A stretch of 64,000 nt of DNA, taken from assembly GCA_965203295.1 (NCBI GenBank), contig CBDBCZ010000019.1, positions 1,248,001 through 1,312,000 of the forward strand, written 5' to 3'. The stretch's first letter is position 1. Each line of letters opens with the position of its first letter. Below the pieces are notes generated by a model. It ran no database searches. It had not been told where the DNA came from and saw nothing but the letters and a program-made list of their open reading frames with translations. Of the stretch, positions 41,085 through 50,918 are shown piece by piece. Origin of the DNA: Nitrospirales bacterium (GTDB lineage: Bacteria > Nitrospirota > Nitrospiria > Nitrospirales > UBA8639). Position numbers and translations under genes: made by a program.

Positions 41085-42041
41085 ATGCCTGGTGAATTAA
41101 AGATGGTTCAGCCCTCTAGTAGCGGTGACACGTGCACCTATATGTGGGCCTGTGCTATTTGTGATGAAAATGAAACCTGCCAAAAAGATAAAGAAGGGCA
41201 TAGCCGGTGGCTGGTGTCCAAACGGATGGAGCGGATTGATTACAAAGTCCTCGTCATGAGCAACAAGGGTGGTGTGGGAAAAAGTACGATGACTACGAAT
41301 CTCGCGATTAGTTTGGCGCTCAAAGGGTATGAAGTCGGGGTGTGTGATTTGGATATTCACGGCCCGAATATTCCGAAAATGGTAGGGGCTGAGGGCCAAA
41401 AGCTGAAAATCAGCACAGGCGGCGGCATTATTCCTCACTTCGCCTACAATTTGAAAATTGCCTCTATGTCTTTTCTCCTCCAAAATTCTGATGATCCCAT
41501 CATTTGGCGGGATGCCTATAAGTATGAATTTATCAATCAATTACTCGGCGGCGTGGAATGGCAAGATTTAAATTTTCTTCTTATTGACCTCCCTCCGGGA
41601 ACTGGCAATGAATCAGTGACCACGATAGATTTAATTGGGGAAGTCACAGGATGCGTGATCGTGTCTACCCCGCAGGAAGTGGCGCTATTGGATGCAAGAA
41701 AGTCCGTCAATTTTGCGAAAGATAGTGAGATTCCCATTATTGGAATTGTCGAAAATATGAGCGGGTTGGAATGCCCGCATTGCCATCAACATATAGAAGT
41801 GTTTCGCAAGGGTGGTGGGGAAGCTTCAGCGGTCGATATGAATGTCCCTTTCTTAGGACGGATTCCCATGGATCCTGAAGTGGTGATGCAATCTGACTTT
41901 GGCGAACCTTATGCCCTCTTTCATTCGGATTTACCAACGGCTGATGCGTTTCATTCTGTTGCCAATAAGGTGGATTATTTCTGCAAGCGAAAAGGATCCT
42001 TGGTTCAGGCCTCCTCAAAAAGTCCATTTAAGAATAAGTAA
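41085..42041 (+). CDS. Mrp/NBP35 (ApbC) Fe-S cluster carrier ATPase
   Basis: KGGVGKST, DIHGPNIP, DLPPGTG and ENMS..CPHC motifs, plus an N-terminal Cys cluster. Confidence 0.93.
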   Translation: MPGELKMVQPSSSGDTCTYMWACAICDENETCQKDKEGHSRWLVSKRMERIDYKVLVMSNKGGVGKSTMTTNLAISLALKGYEVGVCDLDIHGPNIPKMVGAEGQKLKISTGGGIIPHFAYNLKIASMSFLLQNSDDPIIWRDAYKYEFINQLLGGVEWQDLNFLLIDLPPGTGNESVTTIDLIGEVTGCVIVSTPQEVALLDARKSVNFAKDSEIPIIGIVENMSGLECPHCHQHIEVFRKGGGEASAVDMNVPFLGRIPMDPEVVMQSDFGEPYALFHSDLPTADAFHSVANKVDYFCKRKGSLVQASSKSPFKNK

Positions 42042-42105
42042 GAGACAATGGGACTGATGAAGGGTTACTAACAAAACGTGGACGTAGGCAAGTTTTGAGG
42101 TTGGA

Positions 42106-43332
42106 ATGAATGGATTAACACGATTAAAAGACGCGCAGGAAACTGTTCTTGACGCTTCTCGCCCTTTGGGTTGTGAGAAGGTTGGTCTTATGGAAGCGTT
42201 TGGTCGAGTGTTAGGTGAGGATATTATCGCTCCTCGTGATAACCCTCCCTGGAATAACTCCGCAATGGATGGGTACGCGGTGAGATGGGAAGATATTAAG
42301 CAAGATTATGAAATTGCTAAGCCCGCTGAGCTCAAAATCATTGAGGACGTTCCTGCCGGAAAAGTCGCCACGAAAACATTGGGACCGGGAGAGGCGATTC
42401 GGATTATGACTGGGGCTCCTGTCCCTCGTGGGGCCGATACGGTCGTTCGGGTGGAGTTTACTGAATCGACTTCGGATACTGTCAGGATTTTTAAACCTGA
42501 ACCCCAGGGCTTCAATATTCGGCCAAAGGGGGAAGATGTGAAGGAAGGCGCCACGATCATTGCGAAGGGTATTCAGCTGCGTCCGGCTGAAATTGGCATG
42601 TTGGCGATACTGGCAAAGTCTTTTGTGTTGGTCCATCAGCGGCCGAAAGTCGCGATTCTTTCTACTGGCGATGAGTTAGCTGATTTGGATGAGCGGTTTG
42701 ATGAAAACAAGATTGTCAATTCCAATAGCTATGGTCTTGCCGCTGCTGTGGAAGAGGCCGGTGGTATTCCAGTCCTGTTAGGGATCGCGAAGGATACCCC
42801 CGATTCTTTGAAAGATAAAATCTCCCATGGGTTGGGGTGCGATATTCTTGTCCTGTCAGGCGGCGTCTCAATGGGGGATTATGATTTTACGAAAGCGGTC
42901 TTCGCTGAGCTAGGAGCCGAAATGCATTTCTGGAAACTCGCGATTCGACCTGGACAGCCTGTGGCGTTTGGGAAGATTCAGGGAACGTTGGCCTTCGGGC
43001 TCCCAGGTAATCCTGTATCGTCTATGATGACGTTTGAACAATTGGTAAGATTGGCTGTCATGAAAATGTGTGGACACCGAAAATTGGAACGCCCAACGGT
43101 TCAAGCGGTGTTCCAAGAAGCATTTTCCAAACAGCCTGATCGCCGTCACTTCCTGCGTGGAATCGTGAGACAGGAAAATGGAGCCTTAATTGTCAAAACC
43201 ACGGGAAGTCAAGGATCGGGCATTTTGACGTCTATGGTCAAAGCCAATGGGTTGATTAATATCCCCGAGGAAGTCGAACAGCTCAATCCTGGTGATCAAG
43301 TTTCTGTGCAGGTGTTGAGCCGAGATTTTTAA
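42106..43332 (+). CDS. moeA: molybdopterin molybdotransferase
   Basis: SAMDGYA, IMTGAPVP, STGDEL, SGGVSMGDYD and LPGNPVS motifs. Confidence 0.96.
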   Translation: MNGLTRLKDAQETVLDASRPLGCEKVGLMEAFGRVLGEDIIAPRDNPPWNNSAMDGYAVRWEDIKQDYEIAKPAELKIIEDVPAGKVATKTLGPGEAIRIMTGAPVPRGADTVVRVEFTESTSDTVRIFKPEPQGFNIRPKGEDVKEGATIIAKGIQLRPAEIGMLAILAKSFVLVHQRPKVAILSTGDELADLDERFDENKIVNSNSYGLAAAVEEAGGIPVLLGIAKDTPDSLKDKISHGLGCDILVLSGGVSMGDYDFTKAVFAELGAEMHFWKLAIRPGQPVAFGKIQGTLAFGLPGNPVSSMMTFEQLVRLAVMKMCGHRKLERPTVQAVFQEAFSKQPDRRHFLRGIVRQENGALIVKTTGSQGSGILTSMVKANGLINIPEEVEQLNPGDQVSVQVLSRDF

Positions 43333-43426
43333 GGGACATTCCAATCATTTCATTTCATTCATTCACCATTCGTATTCCAATCGTCCCCTATCAATCGTTC
43401 ATCTTTATCAGAAAGTGAATGGCATC

Positions 43427-43930
43427 ATGGCACCCCCTATCTTAAGTTTCATCGGTCGCTCGAACAGTGGGAAAACCACCTTGATTGAACGGCTGATTCC
43501 AGAACTCGTTTGTGCAGGATATCGGGTTGCCACCGTCAAGCATGCCGGGCATGGTTTTGAGTTGGATACTGAAGGAAAGGATAGTTGGCGACATAAACAG
43601 GCCGGAGCCAGCACCGTTGTGGTGATTTCAAAGGGCAGCATGGCGATGTTTGCTGACGTGCCCGAGGAATTGAAAGTTGAAGAAGTACGCGATCGCTTCC
43701 TAGACAGCCAATTTGATTTAGTGATTGCTGAAGGATGGAAAAGCGAAGGGTATCCCAAGATCGTCGTCGTCCGTGAACAGTTGGAAGAAATTCCTGGTCC
43801 ACTTGATAACCTCCTCGCCATTGTATCGATGAAGCCCATACAATCAGAAATTCCGTGTTTGGATCGGGATAATATTCAAGGTTTGGCTGAATTAATCACT
43901 CGCCATTTTCCCAAAACCTCTTCAGTATGA
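43427..43930 (+). CDS. mobB: molybdopterin-guanine dinucleotide biosynthesis protein B
   Basis: GRSNSGKTTL, VKH..DTEGKDS and EGWK motifs. Confidence 0.93.
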   Translation: MAPPILSFIGRSNSGKTTLIERLIPELVCAGYRVATVKHAGHGFELDTEGKDSWRHKQAGASTVVVISKGSMAMFADVPEELKVEEVRDRFLDSQFDLVIAEGWKSEGYPKIVVVREQLEEIPGPLDNLLAIVSMKPIQSEIPCLDRDNIQGLAELITRHFPKTSSV

Positions 43931-44634
43931 CCTCCACACGCAAAGCCGTGACCGTGATGGCTTTGTCGGCCCTGGCACTCGCGATTGCTGGCTCCATTGC
44001 GATTCCCCTGACCAGTCACCCAGATTTCTGCGCCATTTGCCATACGATTCGTCCTTCTGTCGAGAGTTGGTCAATGTCCTCTCATAAAGATGTAGGATGC
44101 GTGGAATGCCACGTCAGACCTGGCATTTCCGGTTTTTTACATGATAAAGTTCGAGCCGGGATTAAAGACGTAGTCATCACCTTTTTTGGAAATCCGACTG
44201 AACCCCATAACTTACAGGCAGAAGTAGACACACAAGTCTGTTTAGGCTGTCATCGAGCTATTTTGAGAGTATCCGAGGTTTCTGAGCGAGATTTGCCTGA
44301 ACCCGTGAAATCTGTTGGGTTAATCATGAGTCACCGGCATCATATGGAGGCGTTTGATAAACGAGGCAAAGGGGAGGGGTGTACGACTTGTCATGCGCGC
44401 GTGGTTCACGGGAAACCTGTCAAGGCCTATCCCATTGTGATTCCCAGGGGGCACGTGAAACTCGATATGGAACCTCATTACCCAGACCATCACGAAGGGT
44501 CTAAGTTATGGGCGTCGGCTTTGGCTGATTGTCTCCGGTGCCATGATGGGGAAGCCTCATACGAAGGAAAAGTTCTCAGCAAAAAATGTGAAACGTGCCA
44601 CCTCCCTGATAAAATTGAAGACTTTTTGTTTTAG
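43927..44634 (+). CDS. membrane-anchored hexaheme cytochrome c (NapC/NirT-like N-terminus)
   Basis: N-terminal TM segment, TSHPDFC, and six CxxCH motifs (CAICH, CVECH, CLGCH, CTTCH, CLRCH, CETCH). Confidence 0.88.
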   Translation: MTSTRKAVTVMALSALALAIAGSIAIPLTSHPDFCAICHTIRPSVESWSMSSHKDVGCVECHVRPGISGFLHDKVRAGIKDVVITFFGNPTEPHNLQAEVDTQVCLGCHRAILRVSEVSERDLPEPVKSVGLIMSHRHHMEAFDKRGKGEGCTTCHARVVHGKPVKAYPIVIPRGHVKLDMEPHYPDHHEGSKLWASALADCLRCHDGEASYEGKVLSKKCETCHLPDKIEDFLF

Positions 44635-44651
44635 ACTCTGTTCATTCTTTC

Positions 44652-45380
44652 ATGGCCCATCCTGTTGTCCACGTTAAAAATCTGACAAAGCGGTTTGGTG
44701 ATTTTACCGCGGTCAATGACATCTCCTTCGAAATCAAAGAGGGAGAAATTCTTGGGTTGTTAGGACCCAATGGGGCTGGCAAAACTACCACCATTCATAT
44801 GCTCTTGGATTTGATCACCCCGACAAGCGGATCCATTCATATATTTGGGCTCGATCTGAAGACACATCGCGAGATGATTCTGAAACAAGTCAACTTTTCA
44901 TCGACGTATATTTCAATGCCCTTTTCACTGACAGCAGAAGAAAACCTTCGAATCATGGCTAAGTTATACGGTGTTTCGAATATTGATAGACGGATTGATG
45001 ATGTGGTGAAGAAACTCGAAATGGAAGACTTTCGATCCAAACTGACGAGAAAACTTTCAACAGGCCAAATGACACGGTTGACGCTCGCGAAAGCTGTGAT
45101 GACTGAACCCAAAGTGCTGTTTTTAGATGAACCAACGGCTAGCTTAGATCCGGATATTGCCGATAAAATCAAATCGTTTTTAAAAGAATACCGCAAAACA
45201 GCTGGCCTCAGCGTGCTGTATACCTCGCATAATATGCATGAAATGGAAGAGATGTCTGATCGGATTATTTTCCTTCAACGGGGAAGTATCGTGGCTGAGG
45301 GGACTTCAAAGGAAATCGTCGAGCGATTTGGCAAGCGAGATTTAGAAGAAGTCTTTTTGAAGCTAGCTCGACAGGGTTAG
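44652..45380 (+). CDS. ABC-2 exporter ATP-binding protein
   Basis: GPNGAGKTT, LSTGQ and LDEPT motifs. Confidence 0.93.
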   Translation: MAHPVVHVKNLTKRFGDFTAVNDISFEIKEGEILGLLGPNGAGKTTTIHMLLDLITPTSGSIHIFGLDLKTHREMILKQVNFSSTYISMPFSLTAEENLRIMAKLYGVSNIDRRIDDVVKKLEMEDFRSKLTRKLSTGQMTRLTLAKAVMTEPKVLFLDEPTASLDPDIADKIKSFLKEYRKTAGLSVLYTSHNMHEMEEMSDRIIFLQRGSIVAEGTSKEIVERFGKRDLEEVFLKLARQG

Positions 45381-45421
45381 GAAGTGGGGGAGGGAATACG
45401 CCAAATGCAGATTCTCCATCG

Positions 45422-45648
45422 TTGTAAAGATTTGGATTTGATCTTTCAGACAGTGTCTGGTGAAGTTCCGAAAAGCTAGAGGGATGTGGCTCGTGGATTC
45501 TTACCCTGTCATCCCCGCAATTTTTTATCGGGGATCCATATTTCATGATCATCCTGGATGCTCCCTGACGACTGCGGGCATGACCGTGTCGCAGGAATTC
45601 TCAACTTCCTCTGACCGTGTCCGTTAACTGAAATTCAAGTTTTTACAA
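45422..45648. mobile_element. MITE-like element with imperfect ~31-bp TIRs, carrying an inverted REP doublet (45508-45584)
   Basis: Left end TTGTAAAGATTTGGATTTGATCTTTCAGACA versus right-end reverse complement TTGTAAAAACTTGAATTTCAGTTAACGGACA (about 22/31). Separates the ABC ATPase from its permease. Confidence 0.6.
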
Positions 45649-45687
45649 TATTAGTCTTCACTATCGAAATGGAAGGTCGTCTCCGCG

Positions 45688-46479
45688 ATGAGCTTAGAAA
45701 GAATTGCAGCACTTCTCACTCGGCATCTGTACTTATATAAGAGAAGTTTTGCCAGAATGTTGGAAATTTTCTATTGGCCGTTTTTGGATCTCGTGGTATG
45801 GGGATTTATCACGGTGTATTTGGCACAGCATGAGACCAAATTGCATGGTGCTGTGGCCTTTTTTTTAGGTGCCCTTATTCTGTGGGATGTGCTTTTCCGG
45901 GCACAGCAAGGGATTGCGCTTTCCTTTCTTGAAGAAATGTGGGCGAGAAACTTAATGAACCTATTTGCCAGTCCCCTCACTGTAGCAGAGTACCTGGTCG
46001 CCACCATGGTGATCAGTGTCATGAAAGTGGGGTCAGTTTTACTGGTGATGGTGAGCCTGGCCTACGTGTTTTATTCGTATGATATTTTCCGAATGGGGAT
46101 GTACCTGATTCCTTTTATATTCAATCTGATTTTATCTGGTTGGATTATCGGAGTCTTAACCACCTCCATCATCATGCGGTTCGGTCAGCAAGCCGAAGTG
46201 TTGGCTTGGGGAATGGTGTTTTTATTCCAACCCCTATCCTGTGTGTTTTATCCTATGGAAGTCCTGCCTTCGGTACTCCAGAGCCTGGCATGGTGTATTC
46301 CACCTGCCCATATTTTTGAAGGAATGCGGCTTGTGCTTCTTGATGGAACACTCCCGATTACTCATCTGATGTGGGCTTTTGCCTTAAATGCAGGATTTCT
46401 CATCATCGTCGTCACTTGGTTTTATCATACATTCACCGTTTGCAAAGATCGGGGACTCTTGGTGCGAGTCGGTGAATAA
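45688..46479 (+). CDS. ABC-2 exporter permease
   Basis: About 6 TM segments, with the FYP..LP..LQ..A...P...FEG.R signature. Confidence 0.9.
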   Translation: MSLERIAALLTRHLYLYKRSFARMLEIFYWPFLDLVVWGFITVYLAQHETKLHGAVAFFLGALILWDVLFRAQQGIALSFLEEMWARNLMNLFASPLTVAEYLVATMVISVMKVGSVLLVMVSLAYVFYSYDIFRMGMYLIPFIFNLILSGWIIGVLTTSIIMRFGQQAEVLAWGMVFLFQPLSCVFYPMEVLPSVLQSLAWCIPPAHIFEGMRLVLLDGTLPITHLMWAFALNAGFLIIVVTWFYHTFTVCKDRGLLVRVGE

Positions 46480-46492
46480 GCTGATAAGACTA

Positions 46493-47953
46493 CTATGCGA
46501 TACTGTTTTTTAAGCGTTCCAGCCGTTCAGCGTGAAGGATTATCCAAATCCCCTTTTCGCGCGTAATCGTCACTGCGCCTGCCTTTTGTCCTTTAGCCTT
46601 TCGAACGTACCGTTTCAACGTGTAAATCACCTCCCCCTTCCCGCTTTTTCGTAAATCACTGTACTGCAGAGCTAAAGTCGCTGCATCGCGAAGTGTTTCC
46701 GGTGGCGGAGTGACCCTCTTTTCCAGACTCACAACGACATGCGACCCTGGTGTCCCACGAGCATGGAGCCATAAGTCATGATCCTTCGCAACACCAAATG
46801 TCAGTTCTTCGTTGTGGCGTGCTGTCTTCCCAAGCAAGATAGGGAACCCATCGACAGAGAGAAAGCGGCGAAATGGTCCAGAAGGGGAAGAGAGTTTCGG
46901 GGATCCTGGTTGTTGAGACGGGGTCGCTCGCTGTGGAGATAGAGGGCTGGGTAGCAATTGCGCTAATTCACCCTTCTCGGCTAAATGAAGCGTTTCCTTC
47001 AGTTTCTGCAATTCTTGTTGACTCTGTTCCAAACGTGGACGCAACTCCTTTTCGGCACCAACAAATTTTCGGTATTTTCCAAAATAGTCTTCCATATTTG
47101 CCCTTGGACCTTTCGAAGGATCGAGGGGAATAAGCAATTCAGGAAGCTTCGGATCAAAATAATCTGCCACGGTGATATCCTTTTGACCAGGCTTCATAGC
47201 CGTGATCTGGCTTTTCAACAGCTCCCCATATCGTTTGTATTCTCGATACCGACCGATCTTTTCCAGATCAGAAGAATAGGCATCAATGCGGCGCTGGGTC
47301 TTTTTGATTGTCTTCCGGATGGCCGTGATTTGAGTCTGGAAAGCTTGTGCTTGATCCAACTCCTCTTTTTTTTGGCTATAACGTTTTTCAAGAGCCAAAG
47401 ATAGGGGAAAAGGCCGCGTTGGATCGTTCTTTTCAGGAGAATCATGAGATTCCCCAGCTTCTTTGGTATCGTGAGTCTTGAGGGAGGCAGCAGGCTTTTC
47501 TGGAGGAACATAAGGTTGGCCAATCTTGGCCAGTGGTGGCTTAAGACTCCCTAACACTGTTCGATTGTGATCTATCAGTACGATATTCGAATTGCGACCA
47601 ATGAGCGCGGCGATGAGGAAATAGTCTTTATTGGCAGAATTCAGGTTGAGCGTCACAATTCGATCGCCCGGGGTTTGATCAACGCCACTGATTTTAGACC
47701 CCTGAATGTGACGGCGAAGAAGGGCACAAAAAGAGGGTGGGGTCTTGGGATTGGATAACCGGTCTTGTATAAAGTGAAGCCTGGCCGTTTGTGAATCAGC
47801 GCAAAGTAAAAGGGTATGAGATTGAGCAGGTTTTCGAATCTCTAAGGTGATAGAGTGTGGAGAGGGCTGGTGGATTTTTTGAATCAAGGCTCCACCTAAG
47901 GCTTCACCAATTTCCTGAACAATAGCGGAGAGTTCTTTCAAGGAAAGAGCCAC
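46493..47953 (-). CDS. NFACT/RqcH (FbpA-like) ribosome quality-control protein
   Basis: PPSFCALLR, DRIV, GRNSNIVL, coiled coil and DLWLHARGTPGSHV motifs. Confidence 0.88.
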   Translation of the reverse strand: MALSLKELSAIVQEIGEALGGALIQKIHQPSPHSITLEIRKPAQSHTLLLCADSQTARLHFIQDRLSNPKTPPSFCALLRRHIQGSKISGVDQTPGDRIVTLNLNSANKDYFLIAALIGRNSNIVLIDHNRTVLGSLKPPLAKIGQPYVPPEKPAASLKTHDTKEAGESHDSPEKNDPTRPFPLSLALEKRYSQKKEELDQAQAFQTQITAIRKTIKKTQRRIDAYSSDLEKIGRYREYKRYGELLKSQITAMKPGQKDITVADYFDPKLPELLIPLDPSKGPRANMEDYFGKYRKFVGAEKELRPRLEQSQQELQKLKETLHLAEKGELAQLLPSPLSPQRATPSQQPGSPKLSSPSGPFRRFLSVDGFPILLGKTARHNEELTFGVAKDHDLWLHARGTPGSHVVVSLEKRVTPPPETLRDAATLALQYSDLRKSGKGEVIYTLKRYVRKAKGQKAGAVTITREKGIWIILHAERLERLKNSIA

Positions 47954-48061
47954 AATGACCTCAAGATTAAGAAGCTGTAAATTCTTAAGAGTGTGGAGGG
48001 TACAGGCAATTCAGGACTATGCAAAAAAATAGAAACAAAGAAGGAAGGTGAGTCTGACCGG

Positions 48062-48892
48062 TTAGCCAACAGAGATGTTTGCCCTAGACTTGTTGGACAG
48101 AATGGCTTCTTTCAGGTCTTTCGTAAAATGCTCAATTCGATTCAGGAAGGTGGGATCATGTTGTTGTTCTCCAATGATTCTCACGAGAGCACTTCCGACG
48201 ATGATGCCATCCGCGAATTCGGCAATGTGCTTGGCATCGTCTGGAGTCGCAATGCCAAAGCCTACAGCAACCGGCCTTTTGGCCTTTCGTTGAATCGATT
48301 CCACATTGGCTCGAACGTTGCTCAAGTCCACTAACTTGGCTCCAGTAGTACCTGTCAGAGATACATAGTAAATGAATCCGCGTGTTCTTCGAATGACATC
48401 GGCCTTGCGGGTTGGAGTACTGGTGGGAGCTAAGAGAAAGATGAGACAAGGACCATGGGCCTCCGAAGCTTTCCATAGGGTTTCGGCTTCTTCTGGCGGC
48501 ATGTCTGGAACGATGACTCCATCAACACCGGCTTCTACGGCTTCGCGACAGAATGCGACTTCTCCCATAGCCATGATTGTATTGTAATAGGTCATGAGAA
48601 TGAGGGGAATTTTCGTTTTTTCACGAAGGTTCTTCACTGTAGAGAGAATGTTTTGCAGGGAAGTTCCTGAACGAAGGGCCCGTTCCGCAGCCTTTTGAAT
48701 GACAGGGCCATCTGCAATGGGATCAGAAAAGGGCACCCCCAATTCAATCATGTCGGCTCCAGCACGTTCCAGCGTCAGAACCAGTTCCTCGGTTTCTGTT
48801 AATGACGGATCTCCAGCCATGATATAAGGGATAAGGGCTTTTTGGCCCTTACGCTGAAGATGTTCAAACGTTGAAGAGATACGACTCGTCAT
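48062..48892 (-). CDS. trpA: tryptophan synthase alpha
   Basis: ELGVPFSDPIADGPVIQ and VGFGI motifs. Confidence 0.97.
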   Translation of the reverse strand: MTSRISSTFEHLQRKGQKALIPYIMAGDPSLTETEELVLTLERAGADMIELGVPFSDPIADGPVIQKAAERALRSGTSLQNILSTVKNLREKTKIPLILMTYYNTIMAMGEVAFCREAVEAGVDGVIVPDMPPEEAETLWKASEAHGPCLIFLLAPTSTPTRKADVIRRTRGFIYYVSLTGTTGAKLVDLSNVRANVESIQRKAKRPVAVGFGIATPDDAKHIAEFADGIIVGSALVRIIGEQQHDPTFLNRIEHFTKDLKEAILSNKSRANISVG

Positions 48893-48906
48893 GATGGAAC
48901 GAATCC

Positions 48907-50100
48907 TTAGAGAGAAGTGCCGCGCATCCTAGCAATCTGTTGAACGTCTTTGTCCCCACGACCTGAAAGATTGATGAGAAGAATCTGATTCTTTTTCATC
49001 GTAGGAGCCAGCTTGATCGCCCCGGCTATTGCATGAGCACTCTCGAGCGCTGGAATAATGCCTTCTTCCTGAGAAAGGAGGTCAAAGGCCGCGAGAGCCT
49101 CGTCATCTGTGGCGGAGGTATAGCGGATACGACCGGAGTCATGGTGCATACTATGTTCGGGACCCACGGCTGCGTAGTCGAGCCCCGCAGAGACTGAATG
49201 AGTCAGATTGACCTGCCCATGTTCGTCTTGAAGAAGATACGTCATGGTCCCATGGAGCACACCGGGACTACCGCCGGCAAATCGTGCCGCATGTTTACCG
49301 CTCGTCAACCCGAGTCCTCCTGCTTCCACTCCAACCATGTGTACCGTGCGGTCCCTCAGAAATGGGAAGAACAACCCGATGCTGTTGCTCCCACCTCCGA
49401 CACAGGCCAAAAGACAATGAGGTAAATGCCCTTCAGCAACAAGAATTTGTTTCCGAGCTTCCCGGCCAATGACTGACTGAAAGTCACGAATCATCATGGG
49501 ATAAGGATGAGCGCCTAAAACCGATCCAAGCAGATAATGGGTCGTGCGGACATTGGTCGTCCAATCCCGCATCGCTTCACTGATGGCATCCTTTAAGGTT
49601 CGACTTCCTGCGTCCACACCAGTGACTTTCGAACCGAGCAACTGCATTCGAAAGACATTAAGAGCCTGCCGCTCCATGTCTTCGGTCCCCATATAGATTT
49701 CGGCTTGGAGTCCAAACATTGCAGCAACCGTGGCGACGGCAACGCCATGCTGGCCTGCACCCGTCTCAGCGATTACTCGGTGTTTCTTCATACGACGGGT
49801 AAGAAGGGCTTGACCAATGGTATTGTTAATTTTATGTGCGCCAGTGTGGCAGAGGTCTTCACGCTTTAAGTAGATTTTGGCCCCACCCAAGGTTTTCGTG
49901 AGACGTTTGGCAAAGTAGAGAGGCGTAGGCCGTCCCACGTATTGCTTGAGGCAAGCGGTGAATTCAGCTTGGAATTTCGTGTCTCGACGAGCAGCGAAAT
50001 AGGCTTGTTCCAGCTCTAAAATGGCTGGCATGAGGGTTTCTGGTACATAGAACCCCCCGTACTTTCCAAACCGACCTCGCTTATCTGGAACAACGGCCAT
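48907..50100 (-). CDS. trpB: tryptophan synthase beta
   Basis: [24 protein letters not shown] and NLSGRGDKD motifs. Confidence 0.98.
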   Translation of the reverse strand: MAVVPDKRGRFGKYGGFYVPETLMPAILELEQAYFAARRDTKFQAEFTACLKQYVGRPTPLYFAKRLTKTLGGAKIYLKREDLCHTGAHKINNTIGQALLTRRMKKHRVIAETGAGQHGVAVATVAAMFGLQAEIYMGTEDMERQALNVFRMQLLGSKVTGVDAGSRTLKDAISEAMRDWTTNVRTTHYLLGSVLGAHPYPMMIRDFQSVIGREARKQILVAEGHLPHCLLACVGGGSNSIGLFFPFLRDRTVHMVGVEAGGLGLTSGKHAARFAGGSPGVLHGTMTYLLQDEHGQVNLTHSVSAGLDYAAVGPEHSMHHDSGRIRYTSATDDEALAAFDLLSQEEGIIPALESAHAIAGAIKLAPTMKKNQILLINLSGRGDKDVQQIARMRGTSL

Positions 50101-50195
50101 TTGTTATGACACCTTCTGGTTTAAATCTTCAGGGACAGAAAAACGATCATGAAGGAATGACATGCAGCTGTGCGCGAGTATAGCGAGAGGGAAGC

Positions 50196-50843
50196 TTAAG
50201 AGACAAGTTTTGCGGCCTTAATAAACGTTTGAATCTTGTCAGGATCCTTTTTCCCTGGTTGCGATTCAATTCCACTACTCACATCAACTCCGTAAGGCTG
50301 AACCTTTTGAATGGCTTCTTGCACGTTTTCTGGGGTTAAGCCGCCTGCTAAAAGCGTAGTGGCGGCTTGAGCGGCTTCAGATGCCAACTGCCAATCCACG
50401 ACTTGGCCTGTCCCTCCGTAGGCCGACTCAGAAAAGGCATCGATCACAAAACCACGGACGCCAGCGTGTCCCTTATATTCTGCGAGAGCGAGAAACGAGG
50501 CGCGATCTCGCAATCGAATAGCACGCAACACTGGCCGGCCTAAGGCCTCGCAATAGTCAGGAGTCTCGTCTCCATGGAGTTGAGCGATGGCGATCCCGCA
50601 ATGATCGATAATTTGTCTGACTGCAGAAGTTTCTTCATTGACGAACACACCAACAGGGAGAATGAACGGTGGAAGCTGACCGACAATGTGTTGAACAGTT
50701 CGAGGATCGACATATCGTGGGCTTTTCCGAAAAAATACAAACCCGAGAGCATCGGCACCGTTTTGTACAGCGACCATGGCATCCTCAAGCGTGGTGATCC
50801 CGCAAATCTTTACTTTTGGGTGTTGGAGGTAAGAAGGATTCAT
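50196..50843 (-). CDS. trpF: phosphoribosylanthranilate isomerase
   Basis: VKICGIT, QLHGDE, LAGGL and GVDVSSG motifs. Confidence 0.96.
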   Translation of the reverse strand: MNPSYLQHPKVKICGITTLEDAMVAVQNGADALGFVFFRKSPRYVDPRTVQHIVGQLPPFILPVGVFVNEETSAVRQIIDHCGIAIAQLHGDETPDYCEALGRPVLRAIRLRDRASFLALAEYKGHAGVRGFVIDAFSESAYGGTGQVVDWQLASEAAQAATTLLAGGLTPENVQEAIQKVQPYGVDVSSGIESQPGKKDPDKIQTFIKAAKLVS

Positions 50844-50918
50844 GTGTTAAGTGACATATTTCTCATCAACAAAAGCTGATCAGTAAAAAAACAGTATAGA
50901 GGAAAGTTGAGGGAGGGT

